A stretch of DNA of 59,358 nucleotides, filler included, from Asterionella formosa (lineage: Eukaryota): assembly GCA_002256025.1 (NCBI GenBank). It is 4 parts of 4 records of this genome, joined end to end, with 100 filler letters (N's around TTAATTAATTAA, not from the genome) between each part and the next. Parts side by side here need not be neighbours in the genome. Positions count along the whole stretch, not along the records: positions 1 to 14,774 come from NKIB01005757.1; positions 14,875 to 29,642 come from NKIB01005765.1; 2 more parts are not named here. One strand, written 5' to 3'. The notes under the pieces were generated by a model. It did not search any database and had not been told where the DNA came from. It saw only the letters and a program-made list of their open reading frames with translations. The position numbers were made by a program, and so were the translations under genes. How positions within the stretch are numbered: position 1 is the first letter of the stretch; every line of letters starts with the position of its first letter. Positions 11,765-22,966 of the stretch are shown here, in pieces.

Positions 11765-13171
11765 TCATTTCAATGTGTCACCTTGAGACAAGAGATTGAA
11801 GACCTGATCACGCTTTCTTTTACACAATGCGATTTCTAAACGAGCTTGGACAATGTCAGAACTTGAAGAGTCATAATCTTTATTTTCGAGTTCTTCCAGT
11901 TCCTCCCGCGCAACTCTTAGTCGGATGTTATACTTATCCAAGACATCCAGTAAATCATTTTCTCTGAGTGGTGCAGTTGTAGACTCTAACAGTCTGAGTT
12001 TTGCAACATTTGACTTCTCAAATGATTCCAATGCACTTGCAAGTTTTTGAGAAGATGATGTAGGTTGTTGCGTCAAGATTGCATGTCTTCCCTTCTTTTT
12101 AACGCTGAAATTGCTTGAAGATTTTGATTTTGATGACAATGTGGTGGCAGTATTGTCAATGTCTATACTGTCACGGAAGGCATAATTTGGTAACAGTGGT
12201 ACAGCAAAATTCAATAGATGTGGAACTTGACACAACCAAAGATGGTAGTAATATAGGAAATGACATGACCCAACAAAGTTGACAAAATCATCATGATTGC
12301 CTGATTGTTTATTTTTTCGATAGGCAACTTGATAATGATGATTAATGTATCCCATTACCAATGAAAAGTCTTTGGAAGTGAGGACATCATATTTTTTTGC
12401 GTAGTCAGCATCAATTCCAACTTGGTCCCAGAATTCATCTTCGGGAAATGCTAGAATGATGCAGTCGTCATCCTCATCATCATTATATGTGACAAAAAGT
12501 CGATCAAAAATGAACTTGTGTCGAAATCTTCTTGCATCAAGTTCAGCCAGAGTTGGTGGCTGACCTAGACGCAAAACTTCACTGCGATGCTTGTTGCACA
12601 TGTAGACATTAATGACACAGAAGCATGTGTTGCTGCAAGTCACAGCATCTGGAGGGGTTGACTTTGCCTGTGCCTTATTCTTTTTCGCCTTTTTTACAGG
12701 AGGGTTCACTTCCTCTTGTTCAAACTGAGGATCGACCAAAGACTCATGTGGCTGCACTGCTGTTGCCTCTTGAACTTTGTCGTTCCTTTCATCATTATCA
12801 TCTTCGCAATCTTCATCGACTTTGAATTCCTCATCATTAATTGATGAATGTTCGTGATTATCATTATCACTATCCAATTCAATGTCTGATTCATTGACAT
12901 TGAAAGATCTAGGGTATATCCTCTGTGACAAGCTTTCTCTCTTCAAAAGTCGAGCAATCAAAGCAACAGTGAAAGCCTTCTTCGCATTTTTGTATCCAGA
13001 AACTTTGTATCTGACGCAAATTTTTCGGAGAACCTTGACCGAGATCTGCTTCATTGCAACACCTTTGATGAAAATCACCTTTGTCCTTTCACTATCAAGC
13101 ACAAAGTCATCAGGAAGTATGAGGGAGTCAACAAATCGATCGACTTCAGTATCTGTAGCAAGAGACTGCAT
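11765..13171 (-). CDS. Harbinger accessory (ORF1-type, putative DNA-binding) protein
   Basis: 468-aa ORF inside the TIRs, convergent with the transposase. Basic helical segment ISVKVLRKICVRYKVSGYKNAKK, acidic tract, C-terminal coiled coil. An in-frame TGA at 13198 cuts off a short upstream extension. Confidence 0.75.
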   Translation of the reverse strand: MQSLATDTEVDRFVDSLILPDDFVLDSERTKVIFIKGVAMKQISVKVLRKICVRYKVSGYKNAKKAFTVALIARLLKRESLSQRIYPRSFNVNESDIELDSDNDNHEHSSINDEEFKVDEDCEDDNDERNDKVQEATAVQPHESLVDPQFEQEEVNPPVKKAKKNKAQAKSTPPDAVTCSNTCFCVINVYMCNKHRSEVLRLGQPPTLAELDARRFRHKFIFDRLFVTYNDDEDDDCIILAFPEDEFWDQVGIDADYAKKYDVLTSKDFSLVMGYINHHYQVAYRKNKQSGNHDDFVNFVGSCHFLYYYHLWLCQVPHLLNFAVPLLPNYAFRDSIDIDNTATTLSSKSKSSSNFSVKKKGRHAILTQQPTSSSQKLASALESFEKSNVAKLRLLESTTAPLRENDLLDVLDKYNIRLRVAREELEELENKDYDSSSSDIVQARLEIALCKRKRDQVFNLLSQGDTLK

Positions 13172-13959
13172 TGTATTATTGTTGAAGGTGTTGGGTCAAT
13201 CTTGATAGACAGTGGTCTCCACATCAACAGTTGTTGTTTGCGTTTGTGTGACTGGTTCCATATGCAGTTCCATTTGCCTTGCTTGTATTATCTTGAGGGA
13301 GATTCCAATGACTGATCTGTAGTAACAAATTCTCAAAAACACTTATGAGTTATAAGATCGTCAAGTAAGTTTCTGTCTGGTGCTGTATAATTGTATCAAT
13401 GGTGTTGCTTAGACGATGTACGCAGCCAGCATAAAATTGAAGGAATAGTATATGCCATTAATATTATCAGTGGTGCCTTGCCTTGCACGCTTATTTTCGG
13501 TTATTTTATTAGTGACAACGGAAATGATACCCGTGTGAAAACGTCAGTATCACTGATACCGTTTTTGGAGGGGGCAAAAAAGGTATCAATTTTGTATCAA
13601 TGATACAAAATTGATACCATCAAGTTACCGTTGCTGATACCGTGTTTTGATACCAACCGTCACTTTTAACCCGGAAATGATACAGCAAATTCGGAATGAT
13701 AAGAACGACCCTTAGTATACCTGCGTAAATCTGTATAGATTTTCTTTTGTACTTTAATTGTGAGTAAAAAAATTGTGACGCACACACAAATTGATGCATT
13801 ATTTTTGTTATGTAGAAGATACTGCCCTCCTGCTCATTCCCCTTCTAAAGGTATGTAACATCGATCTGTTGTTGTCATTCATGTTTGCTGATTTTGTTGC
13901 CTGCTTTTTGCTTGCTTCGTTGGTTTGCTGCTTGCTACTATGTTGGATCATAGACATAC

Positions 13960-14340
13960 TAGGTTGCCTTGTAGTAAGTTGTTGCCAAATCGAGGGCACA
14001 GCAGTGTGTTTTGAATCGTTTGACACCAAGCTTCTCAACATTGATGGGGTCTGTTTCATGTGTTGTCATATCAACTTTGACGCCCATCCTTTCATCTTGT
14101 CGTTCTTCAAGATATTTCCAAATCTATAAGTATGCATGTATATTTATTGTCTTTCTCGCCTTGAAAATGTCTTATCCTTTTTGTTGTTAACACTTTGTCC
14201 CTTGACATGCTCTCTTGCACCACCAGCCTGAAATTTTCTTTCTCCTTTTTCCTTTTCAGAGCAACCCGACGGTAAAAAATCTTGGCGCTACCCCAAGAAT
14301 ACTCGATTATACATAGCTGTATAGCAAATAAAGGGTATAT
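13960..14340 (-). mobile_element. Degenerate IS630/Tc1-mariner-like transposase C-terminal relic
   Basis: Minus strand reads IEYSWGSAKIFYRRVALKRKKEKENFRLVV...LTTKRIRHF and VEKLGVKRFKTHCCALD, broken by stops. IExxW is the third-acidic-residue motif of this superfamily. Confidence 0.55.
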
Positions 14341-14774
14341 ATGGTGTCCCCATACAGAATAGTTGGCAGGACTAATAGTTGTATATATGACACAAATCTG
14401 TGTTAAAAGGTCCTCATGTAGTACTCCTTGTTCCCGTCTGATGAGTATCTTCTAATGTTAGGTCTTACCTGTTGTACTGCTATTAATGTTACCTTTCTCT
14501 GCTAGCCTTTGTGCTATTTTTCGCTATTGAACTTACTCTTTCAATTCTCACCATTTTTTAATTATGAGCTTAAACTAAAACCTAGTTTCAATCCCATTCA
14601 TCAGACTTTGAGAACTTGTTCTTCGTGTACCCTTTTGTTGATGTATTTTCTTGACATGGGAATGCACCATTTGATTCATTGGACTATAGTCGAGTCCACA
14701 GTCCTTGTGACTCATTATAGCCATTGATGCTATATTCTTGACAAATCTGTACATCTGCAAGTTGCGGTAAACAT

Positions 14775-14874
14775 NNNNNNNNNNNNNNNNNNNNNNNNNN
14801 NNNNNNNNNNNNNNNNNNTTAATTAATTAANNNNNNNNNNNNNNNNNNNNNNNNNNNNNNNNNNNNNNNNNNNN
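14775..14874. other. Scaffold gap with artificial TTAATTAATTAA linker
   Basis: 100-nt N run with a central linker giving stops in all frames; same design at the other two gaps. Confidence 0.97.
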
Positions 14875-15516
14875 GTTGGATACCAATATGTGGAAGGGGA
14901 CATTCAATGGGACGGTCGAGCCACAATTGTTTATCCTGCCGTTTGCTGCTTTGCGGGGTTCTTTGCAGGTATGTTTGATGAGGAGCAAAGGAATATGGAA
15001 TGATTCGTTTATTTGATTTACATACACTTAATTTTTCTTGTGCCTACCTACTTACCATGGTGCTTTTGAAGGGATGTTTGGAGTTGGAGGAGGAATTGTC
15101 AAAGGTACGAGAATAGTAGTTTATTTGGTGGCCTGTTTATTTTCCTTGCTAATTTTTTTATTGCACAACCAGGCCCTTTAATGTTAGCTATGGGTATCCA
15201 CCCCAAAGTGGGTTCAGCAACTAGTGCCTGCATGATTCTATTCACGAGTTTCACCGCAACGACATCATTTATGGTCTTTGGTTTATTGTTACCAGACTAT
15301 GCGTTGGTGTGCGTCAGTGTGGGATTTTTGGCCACTTATGTTGGCCAGATTGGTCTCACGTATCTCATGAAGAAGTTTCAGCGAAACTCTTTAATTGCTT
15401 TTTCTATCGGTGGTGTTGTTTTGCTAAGCGCATTCTTGATGACTATTCAATCATTGATTAGTTTGGCCGAGAAAAAGCATCATCACTCAGGTGGTATTTG
15501 TGGGAAAGGCGATTGA
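14875..15516 (+). CDS. Sulfite exporter TauE/SafE-family membrane protein, 3' part; exons <14875-14968, 15072-15104, 15173-15516
   Basis: Spliced product ...CCFAGFFAGMFGVGGGIVKGPLMLAMGIHPKVGSATSACMILFTS...; both introns are GT-AG and in frame. 5' end lost in the gap. Confidence 0.88.
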
Positions 15517-15848
15517 AGCACGCCACTGATGTAAACATAGAAAACCTTTTGTAATGAGACTTATTTTTTTGTGTTTGCAACCATATCCCAACTATATCTT
15601 ACATCCATGAAATGACTACTCAATGATCGATAAAAGAGTTGTTCAGATCACAGTATCGCCGTTTACGCCATTTGTATTATCGGCGCTATAACAGCTTCTT
15701 AGTTTGCAAAGATGAAGAACACATCTTCTTCAGATTTCCCGTGACCACATTCGTTGTTTCAATGCAGACTACTCCAGCTTCAAATGACACTGGCAGGATC
15801 TACAAATGTGCCATTGTTTCGGATTTGACGCACTATTCACTTCCCGAT

Positions 15849-17072
15849 CTATTCACCGTCATGCAACATTTGTGTCTCCCTCTCGGACCAGTCCATTTCA
15901 ACTTCGCTAAACTCATTATCAAATGGTGCAAGAAATGGGATGCCATCCGCCGAAGGATTTCTCATCCCAGACCCAAACTTGCCGGCCATGCGCCCAGTCA
16001 CTTCTTCTTCCAAATTTTCGACCAAAACGGCCAATACTACAACAACATTGTAGGCTCCTCGTCCAGCTGGTTCACTTAGCTCCTTGATGATTCCCATGAC
16101 CATTGTAACACCAAAGACGATAAACGACATGTAAATGGATTGCACGTGTAAAATCCCCGGCCCACCAATAGTTTGACTCCCAGCGCCAAGCAACGGGAAG
16201 GTGGACAAGACAATAGCAGCAAGTGACCACAACAAAGTCATTTGAATTGGAGGCAATTTCTTTTGCAGATTCCCCAAGCGCATTGCTCTAGCGTGTCGGA
16301 GGCTTCGTACGGTTTGATAAATCACACTGGGTTCACCTACGCTTGTAAGGTAGAATATGTCTTCGAGTGGGTCATCAACAGGCCGTGCACTAAGTAGTAC
16401 AGATGGCTCTGTCGTGAACTGAATCAAGTCCTCTTTGATATAGCGTTCCATAGACTCGAGAACGTTGTGATACATATCTTCTCGTCCCTGACAGACAAGG
16501 GAAACTTGTTCCAAAAGAGAGCTAGCAACCGAAACTTCGTGAAACAGAGCGTTGAAAATAGCTTCTTGTTGCTTGTAAAGGAAATAGTATGTGTAACCCG
16601 TCATGATGGTGAACATCAAGCCGCATGTTGTCAGAATGTTTTGCACATATTGGCTGTAGTCATTCGCAATCACATCCAAGGCTTCTTTGGAGTTAATCAG
16701 CGAGGCAATGTTCATGGACAAATCCGGATATACGACAGAGGCAACGAATCCAGCAGCCAGTGACGGGATGCCCACTCGGATGACCGTCAGGATCTGAACG
16801 TATTTTCTTAGCTCTGCGTGGTTGGATGCATAGTCGTCAGAGACAAATCTTTGCGCCGCTGCTTCCCAGAAGGATAAATTCTGGGTGACGATCTTTTGGG
16901 GACTGTCACTGTACGCAGCAAGCTGGGTGATGGGTTTTGGCCGGGTTTGTAGGATTGCTCCAAAGGATCTAAAGGGCACTGGAGCAAACGAAACAACTTT
17001 TCGGGTACATGAGGCAATGGCGATGAATCGCAGAATCGATCTGCAAATTATGTTTACGTTTCTTTTTGGCAT
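15849..17072 (-). CDS. Plastid-targeted membrane protein, DUF4239/bestrophin-like
   Basis: Signal peptide plus VVSF-AP motif; TM pair, ALFHEV soluble helices, R.ARAMRLGNLQKKLPP, TM pair, ELSEP..G.YNV. Confidence 0.7.
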   Translation of the reverse strand: MPKRNVNIICRSILRFIAIASCTRKVVSFAPVPFRSFGAILQTRPKPITQLAAYSDSPQKIVTQNLSFWEAAAQRFVSDDYASNHAELRKYVQILTVIRVGIPSLAAGFVASVVYPDLSMNIASLINSKEALDVIANDYSQYVQNILTTCGLMFTIMTGYTYYFLYKQQEAIFNALFHEVSVASSLLEQVSLVCQGREDMYHNVLESMERYIKEDLIQFTTEPSVLLSARPVDDPLEDIFYLTSVGEPSVIYQTVRSLRHARAMRLGNLQKKLPPIQMTLLWSLAAIVLSTFPLLGAGSQTIGGPGILHVQSIYMSFIVFGVTMVMGIIKELSEPAGRGAYNVVVVLAVLVENLEEEVTGRMAGKFGSGMRNPSADGIPFLAPFDNEFSEVEMDWSERETQMLHDGE

Positions 17073-18190
17073 TTTGTTGGCGATGCACTTGCGCTTGCTT
17101 CCTCCTCACTAGTCGAGATAGTGCCTCCTATAGGGATTATTGGATCACGGCTACTCCTATGATTGCTTTGATATCGCAGACAAGTCCCTTGTCCTTACTA
17201 TGTACAGAATATGTTGCTTGTAGCTTTATCATCGTTGTGAGTGTTGCTACCGTTGTTATTTGACTTGAGGCTTGATGATCGAGATACCGGTATTACTGGT
17301 GTCATGTAAATGTATATTTTAGACCAATTCGACTACCGGGTATGAAAATGGGTTGCCTAATCATCGTCTCATGGTATACCGGCCAGGAGGGAACAACCAT
17401 AATATACAATATTTGCTTTTGTGAGAGCGATGAGAATCATTCTCACAAACTTTAGCAAGCAAACTATAGTGGGTTGTAGACTCAACATATTGCAGTCCAT
17501 CATATTACTCCTTGTACAGTTGATGCTTGTCACCAAAAAGTAATAAGTACAGGCCACAAGGAATGCAGCTACATATGTATAGAGAACTTGACATATTCCA
17601 CAAGAATCTTGTGTTTCTCTTCCTATATATAGCTGGCAGTGGAGGAGTGAAGTAGATTTGTATAAACTACCACTAGTATCCTGGCTTTGCAATAGGAAGA
17701 GGACAGATTTTGTTCTGGTGTGTACACTAACACTTAACAAACAAGAACTTTGATTGTCAGGGTTTGGATGTATTGTTGATTTCAGATACAACAAAACCCC
17801 AAATAATAATCAAGGTGTAGATGGTAATATTCTAAAAATAAATGGTTGTATTCAACTAATTGCAAAAAGTTCTAGAAGGAAATGGCAGCAAGTGTTGCTG
17901 TCTTTGATCCACAAGGAGGGAGACAATCCCCTCAAACATGAACAAGTTGAACACAGCCACTCTTGAAGCTAAATCATGTAAGCAGGAGCAGGCTGGTATG
18001 TGGTGACCAGGGTAGGAAAACGAGAATGAAAGGATGGTGCAAGTTGATGAATTTCGAGTATCATTGGAGCAACAATCAATTGCTTCAAATACATTGATTT
18101 TCCAACAAAAGAAATATAACAACTGAGTGTACAGTACATAAACGGATATTTAAATTTGGTTTTCCCCACTCACGAAAGACGTCTGCGTCA

Positions 18191-18949
18191 TTAAATAGAG
18201 AATTCGATCAGGTAATTCTTACCCCATCGAATCTTTGCCCAGGCACGTTCATAGAAAAACATGAGAGCGGTCTTGACAATGGCATCTGATCCAGCAATCT
18301 TGGAAGCCATGCTCAAATCCTTGGCAATAAAGACTGCCATGGTCAAAGTGTTGACAATGGCAAAGAGGCGCCAAATCAACGCCTTGGCCAGGGATCGTCC
18401 AACTTCGTCAGCTCCACCCTTGCGACCAGCTTGAGACTTGTTCATGAGTCTTTCCCCAACAAACATGGTAAATGACTTGCTAAAGAAATCAGATCCAACA
18501 ATGGACAAGGCTGTCATTAACGACCCACTGAATTTGAGCGACGTATAAAAGGTGACACTTCCAGCAATGATACGCCAGATAAATGCCTTGACGGCAGATC
18601 TCACGGTAGTTTCAGAGAAGCTATCTTCTGGCTTTTGCGACAGTTGCGTACCCGCCAAGTATTCCTGTTTCTTGCTTTCCAATTGTTGCAAGGTCGCTTC
18701 GGCTCGGTTTAACTTGGCCATGGCTTGTTCCTTCTGTTTCGTCAACTCCGCTTGCTTCTTTTCAATTTCACGCAAGATGGAATCATTGGTTTCGCCATTG
18801 GTTGCCACCATGGAGCGGCCTTGGCGCGATGGAGAAAGACTGTGAACCATCCCGAGATTCCGGTTCGCAATGGATACCGGAAAATGTGGCCTCGTCGGTG
18901 AGAAGGAGACAACTGTGGCCAATGGCAGAGCCAATAAGAAGACCTTCAT
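18191..18949 (-). CDS. Plastid-targeted protein with coiled coil and two DUF2061-like repeats
   Basis: MKVFLLALPLATVVSF-SP leader; RSAVKAFIWRII and RSLAKALIWRLF repeats; terminal FFYERAWAKIRWG. Alternative ATG at 18979. Confidence 0.8.
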   Translation of the reverse strand: MKVFLLALPLATVVSFSPTRPHFPVSIANRNLGMVHSLSPSRQGRSMVATNGETNDSILREIEKKQAELTKQKEQAMAKLNRAEATLQQLESKKQEYLAGTQLSQKPEDSFSETTVRSAVKAFIWRIIAGSVTFYTSLKFSGSLMTALSIVGSDFFSKSFTMFVGERLMNKSQAGRKGGADEVGRSLAKALIWRLFAIVNTLTMAVFIAKDLSMASKIAGSDAIVKTALMFFYERAWAKIRWGKNYLIEFSI

Positions 18950-21346
18950 AGCAGTGGTGCGAGTAGAGGCTCGTTGCATTATGGTTGTTGCTGATGGCGA
19001 CGAGTTATCGGAGAGTAAATGAGAGAGGAACAAATATACCGGTATATGGCATGCCAATACATGAAATTGTGTCCAAATATTTTTAATAATATAACTACCG
19101 GGTATACGTTTGGAAATTTATTACAACAACTCCTCTCGTTGCCTTTTGCTTCAGCATGGGTTTCTTCCGGACTACTACGGAATTATACTACGTGAAAGAG
19201 TACCGGCATGACATCGTTGCTAATGGTATTTGTTGTACTGTACTGTCCATACATGTACGGCATTGCTTACACTCATGGATGACTTGCTTCCTCGTCCTCA
19301 GCATGGCCTTTAAAAATGTGTTCAGCGTATACCGGTACCGCACCGGTAGTTAGACCCTCGTTGATGTCTACGTGGGACAGTATTGTAAGTGGTTCAGTTC
19401 TCGTTTGTAGATCAGCTGTCCGTCCCATCGTGCTTTTTTCTTTCGTGGCTCTCAATTTCTCAACGAGCTCATTACCTTACGAGTGACAAATTTTCATTGA
19501 TCATTGCTTCTTGTGCGGCAGGCTCGAAATTGATGACCGTTCATCTCTCCTGTGGTTGTGATCATTCCGACGACCTGTATACAGTGAGTACTGTACACCC
19601 ATATGCAAAAAAATTTATATGAGTATTTCATACCGGCAGATGTGCATGTCAGCCATGTCTATTTTTTCAAAACTTGCTGACGGCGTTGTTATTGGATGCA
19701 GGCATAATATGGCTGGTTTTTGCATGATTTATCTTCATGTAGACACGATCCATCTGTTTCGGCTTGCCGTATGCCTCCTGACAATTGCAGGTGAGTACTG
19801 GTATACCAGTAAGCTGCTACCCTGGTACTGTTGTTGCTCATCATCATTTATCATTATGAAATGAACCACAATTCACACATCACAAATTCAATTTTTGTGA
19901 TACACATAAAATAGAATTTTTCTAGTTTCACTAATATTGGTGAGTTGTTAGACACTCTTGACTATTTCAGGATTTGGCAAGAACTTGATAAATTGAATGA
20001 AATTTGAACAACTACCAACATGCATTATGGCAACCAACTGTCAAAATTATCTTCAGTTGGTTTGACTTTTTCTTCAATAGGGTGGCATTGCACTAACAAG
20101 AAGTTAAATCCAAAATAAAATCCATTCAGTTATTGTATATAAGTATATCAAATAGCCTACATGATTTTGAATTTTTCACCTTGTTGTGGCACCTCATTGG
20201 CACATTAGACCATGGACTTCTGAGCAGCAATGATGCTGTGGCAGACAAAGTAGAAAAAGCAGCACTGGGAATTCCAAATGATGTTTTTATAGAGTTTTGG
20301 GACTCAAGACGAATGCAACAAGAAAGGAAAGGGTTATGGCTAGAGGGAAAATAAGATAGAGCCCACTATCACAATTAGCATACTTCAAAAGGGGCCTGGA
20401 TCAGGACTCACGAGGAATGAGATTGGAATACAAAGTACAATATGATTGCTCATTGGATGACAAGAAACTTTTAACTTGCAATTAAACAGGAAAACAAAAG
20501 TGAAGTTCCAGGAATGCAAGAATCAGAATCACATTGACTGACCAAAGTGGAGTCAGCCATCAGAAACAAGTATTCTAGCTATCCATCATGAAGAGGAAGG
20601 CTGCCAGTCAGGCTGCCCATTTGTGACTAGCAATGGCTGGAAAACAATGTAAGACCTCTTTCGAAACCAGCGCTTCAGAGACATGATAAATTTGGAGTGG
20701 ATCAACTACTTCAACAAGAAGCAATGCCCTAAATGTTTACTTTTCCAAATAGTGCTTACCATTTGCATGAGGTGCAAAGGTAGAATGGAACAAGAGCTGG
20801 CAAAGCAAAGGGGTGTTCGTGGTTGGAGAGGTGCAGTACTTTGCAGTAGAGGTCTCTGGTACTGGTAGCAACTAGAAGTCAACTATTCCATTCCGGTAGT
20901 ATAGCTTTTAAGATGCCATAGAAATAATGTTAAATGTATTTGTATACATACGGCTTCGCAACAGTGGTACAGTGGTATATTTGATAAGCAGGCGGAGTCA
21001 CCCAACACAACTACCGTACCGTTACCGGTTTATCCATAAGTTTACGTGGCGCGTATCAGTTTCAGGAGGTATGTATGACTGTGGTGTACGATACGGTCCC
21101 ACCATGAGCGTGCCATCCAGTTGGCTGATGACCGTTTTCTCGCAGAATTTGTTTGTCCCAATCAGCCTTATCTAGCTGTACGGTAAAACCCCGGTAAAAG
21201 CATAAAAACATATCATTCTCCTAATATTTGAACTACTCCGGAGTATTCTTTTTATGACGCAAGCAATACATAATGAAATTGGAAATGAAAACATCACGGT
21301 CCTGTCTGATTGGCAAACGTTCATTTACCATCATATTTTCACCACA

Positions 21347-22905
21347 ATGACAACCAAAAATGAACCGCTTCTCTCGTCGTTCTTTCACTCAATCATAGGG
21401 ACAGGTCCTCGGGCTAGCGAGCAAGGATGGCCCAATCTGTTTGACGAGAGCCGCGAAATGCTGGAAGGTACGCATGGCTGCATTGGTGTTGATTGACAAT
21501 TCACTTCTCTGTTCAGTTGTTGCCGTTATTATTAGTATTTGCACCACTTTGTCTGTGTTCCTACTGCTGCCGTTATTGCCTATATTAGTAGCAGGATACA
21601 GGATGACTGATCAGCCAATCCGTTGCATTGGATACACAATCACAAGGACTCACTCCTCCCATCACTTGTAATCAGCTTCTGTACTTACATACGCTTTTGC
21701 TGACATTCGGACCCTTTGTCGCAATCGAGTTTTGAATGATGGAGATCCCGCAGCTGTGGACCGCATCATGAACCTTCCCGCTTCCACCATGGATGTTATG
21801 ACCATAGTGAATGAAAATATCGTCACATTGAAGAAGAATTTCGGAGATGAAGGTGTGAACGTGTATTTGTCTGCCATGGAAAGTATCCAAGAGAATTTGA
21901 AGCGACATGCTGGGGAGTCGCAGGTAGTTGTGTTCAATGATGACAATTCAAACGACGAATTAGTGTATGGGATTGCAGTCAACACGGCAAGAAAGCGAAT
22001 GACCGTGGCGTTTCGAGGATCGGTGACAACCAAGGACTTTACGACTGATGCCAAAGCCTTACAGACAGAAATTCCCAATCCTGTGATGGACTCGGAAATC
22101 AGGCAGCAAGAGACGATTGGCATCCATCACGGGTTTTGGGGTGAGTCGACGGAATGCTTCTATATTTTGATGGATCTTCATCGTCAAGTGGTCTGTTTCT
22201 CATTCCTTGGGAATTTTCTTCTTTATAGACTATTTATTTGGAAACATTAGTGCCCGCAAATCCGACCCTACCAAATGCGATGAAGTTATGGCACATGTAT
22301 TGCGGCTGTATGATATTTATCCGGGGTACAAATTATACATTACTGGACATTCCCTCGGAGGTGCCCTTGCTACCCTGTTTGCCTTTGAAGTTGCGGCATC
22401 AACGGACCCCCGCATTGTCAAGCCGGTCACATGCATAAGTATTGCGTCTCCCAAAGTCGGCAACATGTCCTTTCGTAGGGCATTTCAAGCACTAGAAAAA
22501 CAACAACAGATTCGATGCCTGAGGGTTGCCAATTACAAAGACCTTGTCACTCTATTGCCTGACCGAGGCTCATTGAGCTGTTTGTACATTGTGTGCTGTC
22601 AAGCAAATGTCTTTCGCCATGTGGGCGTGGAACTGAAGCTGTACGCCAATGGTCGATACCAACTCTCTCGGCCCTCGGACAATTCGTCTTACGTCAACAT
22701 GTTTCTGAAAGATTGGACGAACCAAGTGAAGAATTCGTTGTATATTATCGTGACATTGCCAATGATTTGTTGCAAAGAAGATTTCTTACGATACCATGGC
22801 TGCAAAGAGTACACGGAAAGATTATTCAAGTGTTCCAGCGCACTTCAAAATGTTTACCTCAACACCTTGTATCGCAACAAGGGAGACTTGAAGATTTCTG
22901 AGTAA
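21347..22905 (+). CDS. Class 3 lipase; exons 21347-21467, 21676-22140, 22229-22905
   Basis: VAFRGS, IHHGF, ITGHSLGGALA, ASPKVGN, RVANYKDLVTLLP, FRHVG; two phase-1 GT-AG introns. Confidence 0.92.
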
Positions 22906-22966
22906 CCATACATTAACCAGCCATGTAATTTCATTACTTTAGTCCTTGAACATTATCGGATTTTTC

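Larger units (their letters stand above)
10006..13711. mobile_element. PIF/Harbinger DNA transposon, full length with both TIRs and TTA target-site duplication
   Basis: Left TIR AGGTCGTTCTTATCATT (10006-10022) versus right TIR AATGATAAGAACGACCC (13695-13711), 16/17 match. TTA flanks at 10003-10005 and 13712-13714. Contains a DDE transposase and a convergent second ORF. Confidence 0.93.

Noticed and set aside
14819..14830. TTAATTAATTAA inside N runs (also 29687-29698, 44545-44556)
   Set aside because: Identical, centred in 100-nt gaps, stops in all frames: an assembly linker.
19860..20880. Purine-rich stretch with short ORFs
   Set aside because: Probably decayed TE sequence, but no motif I can name.
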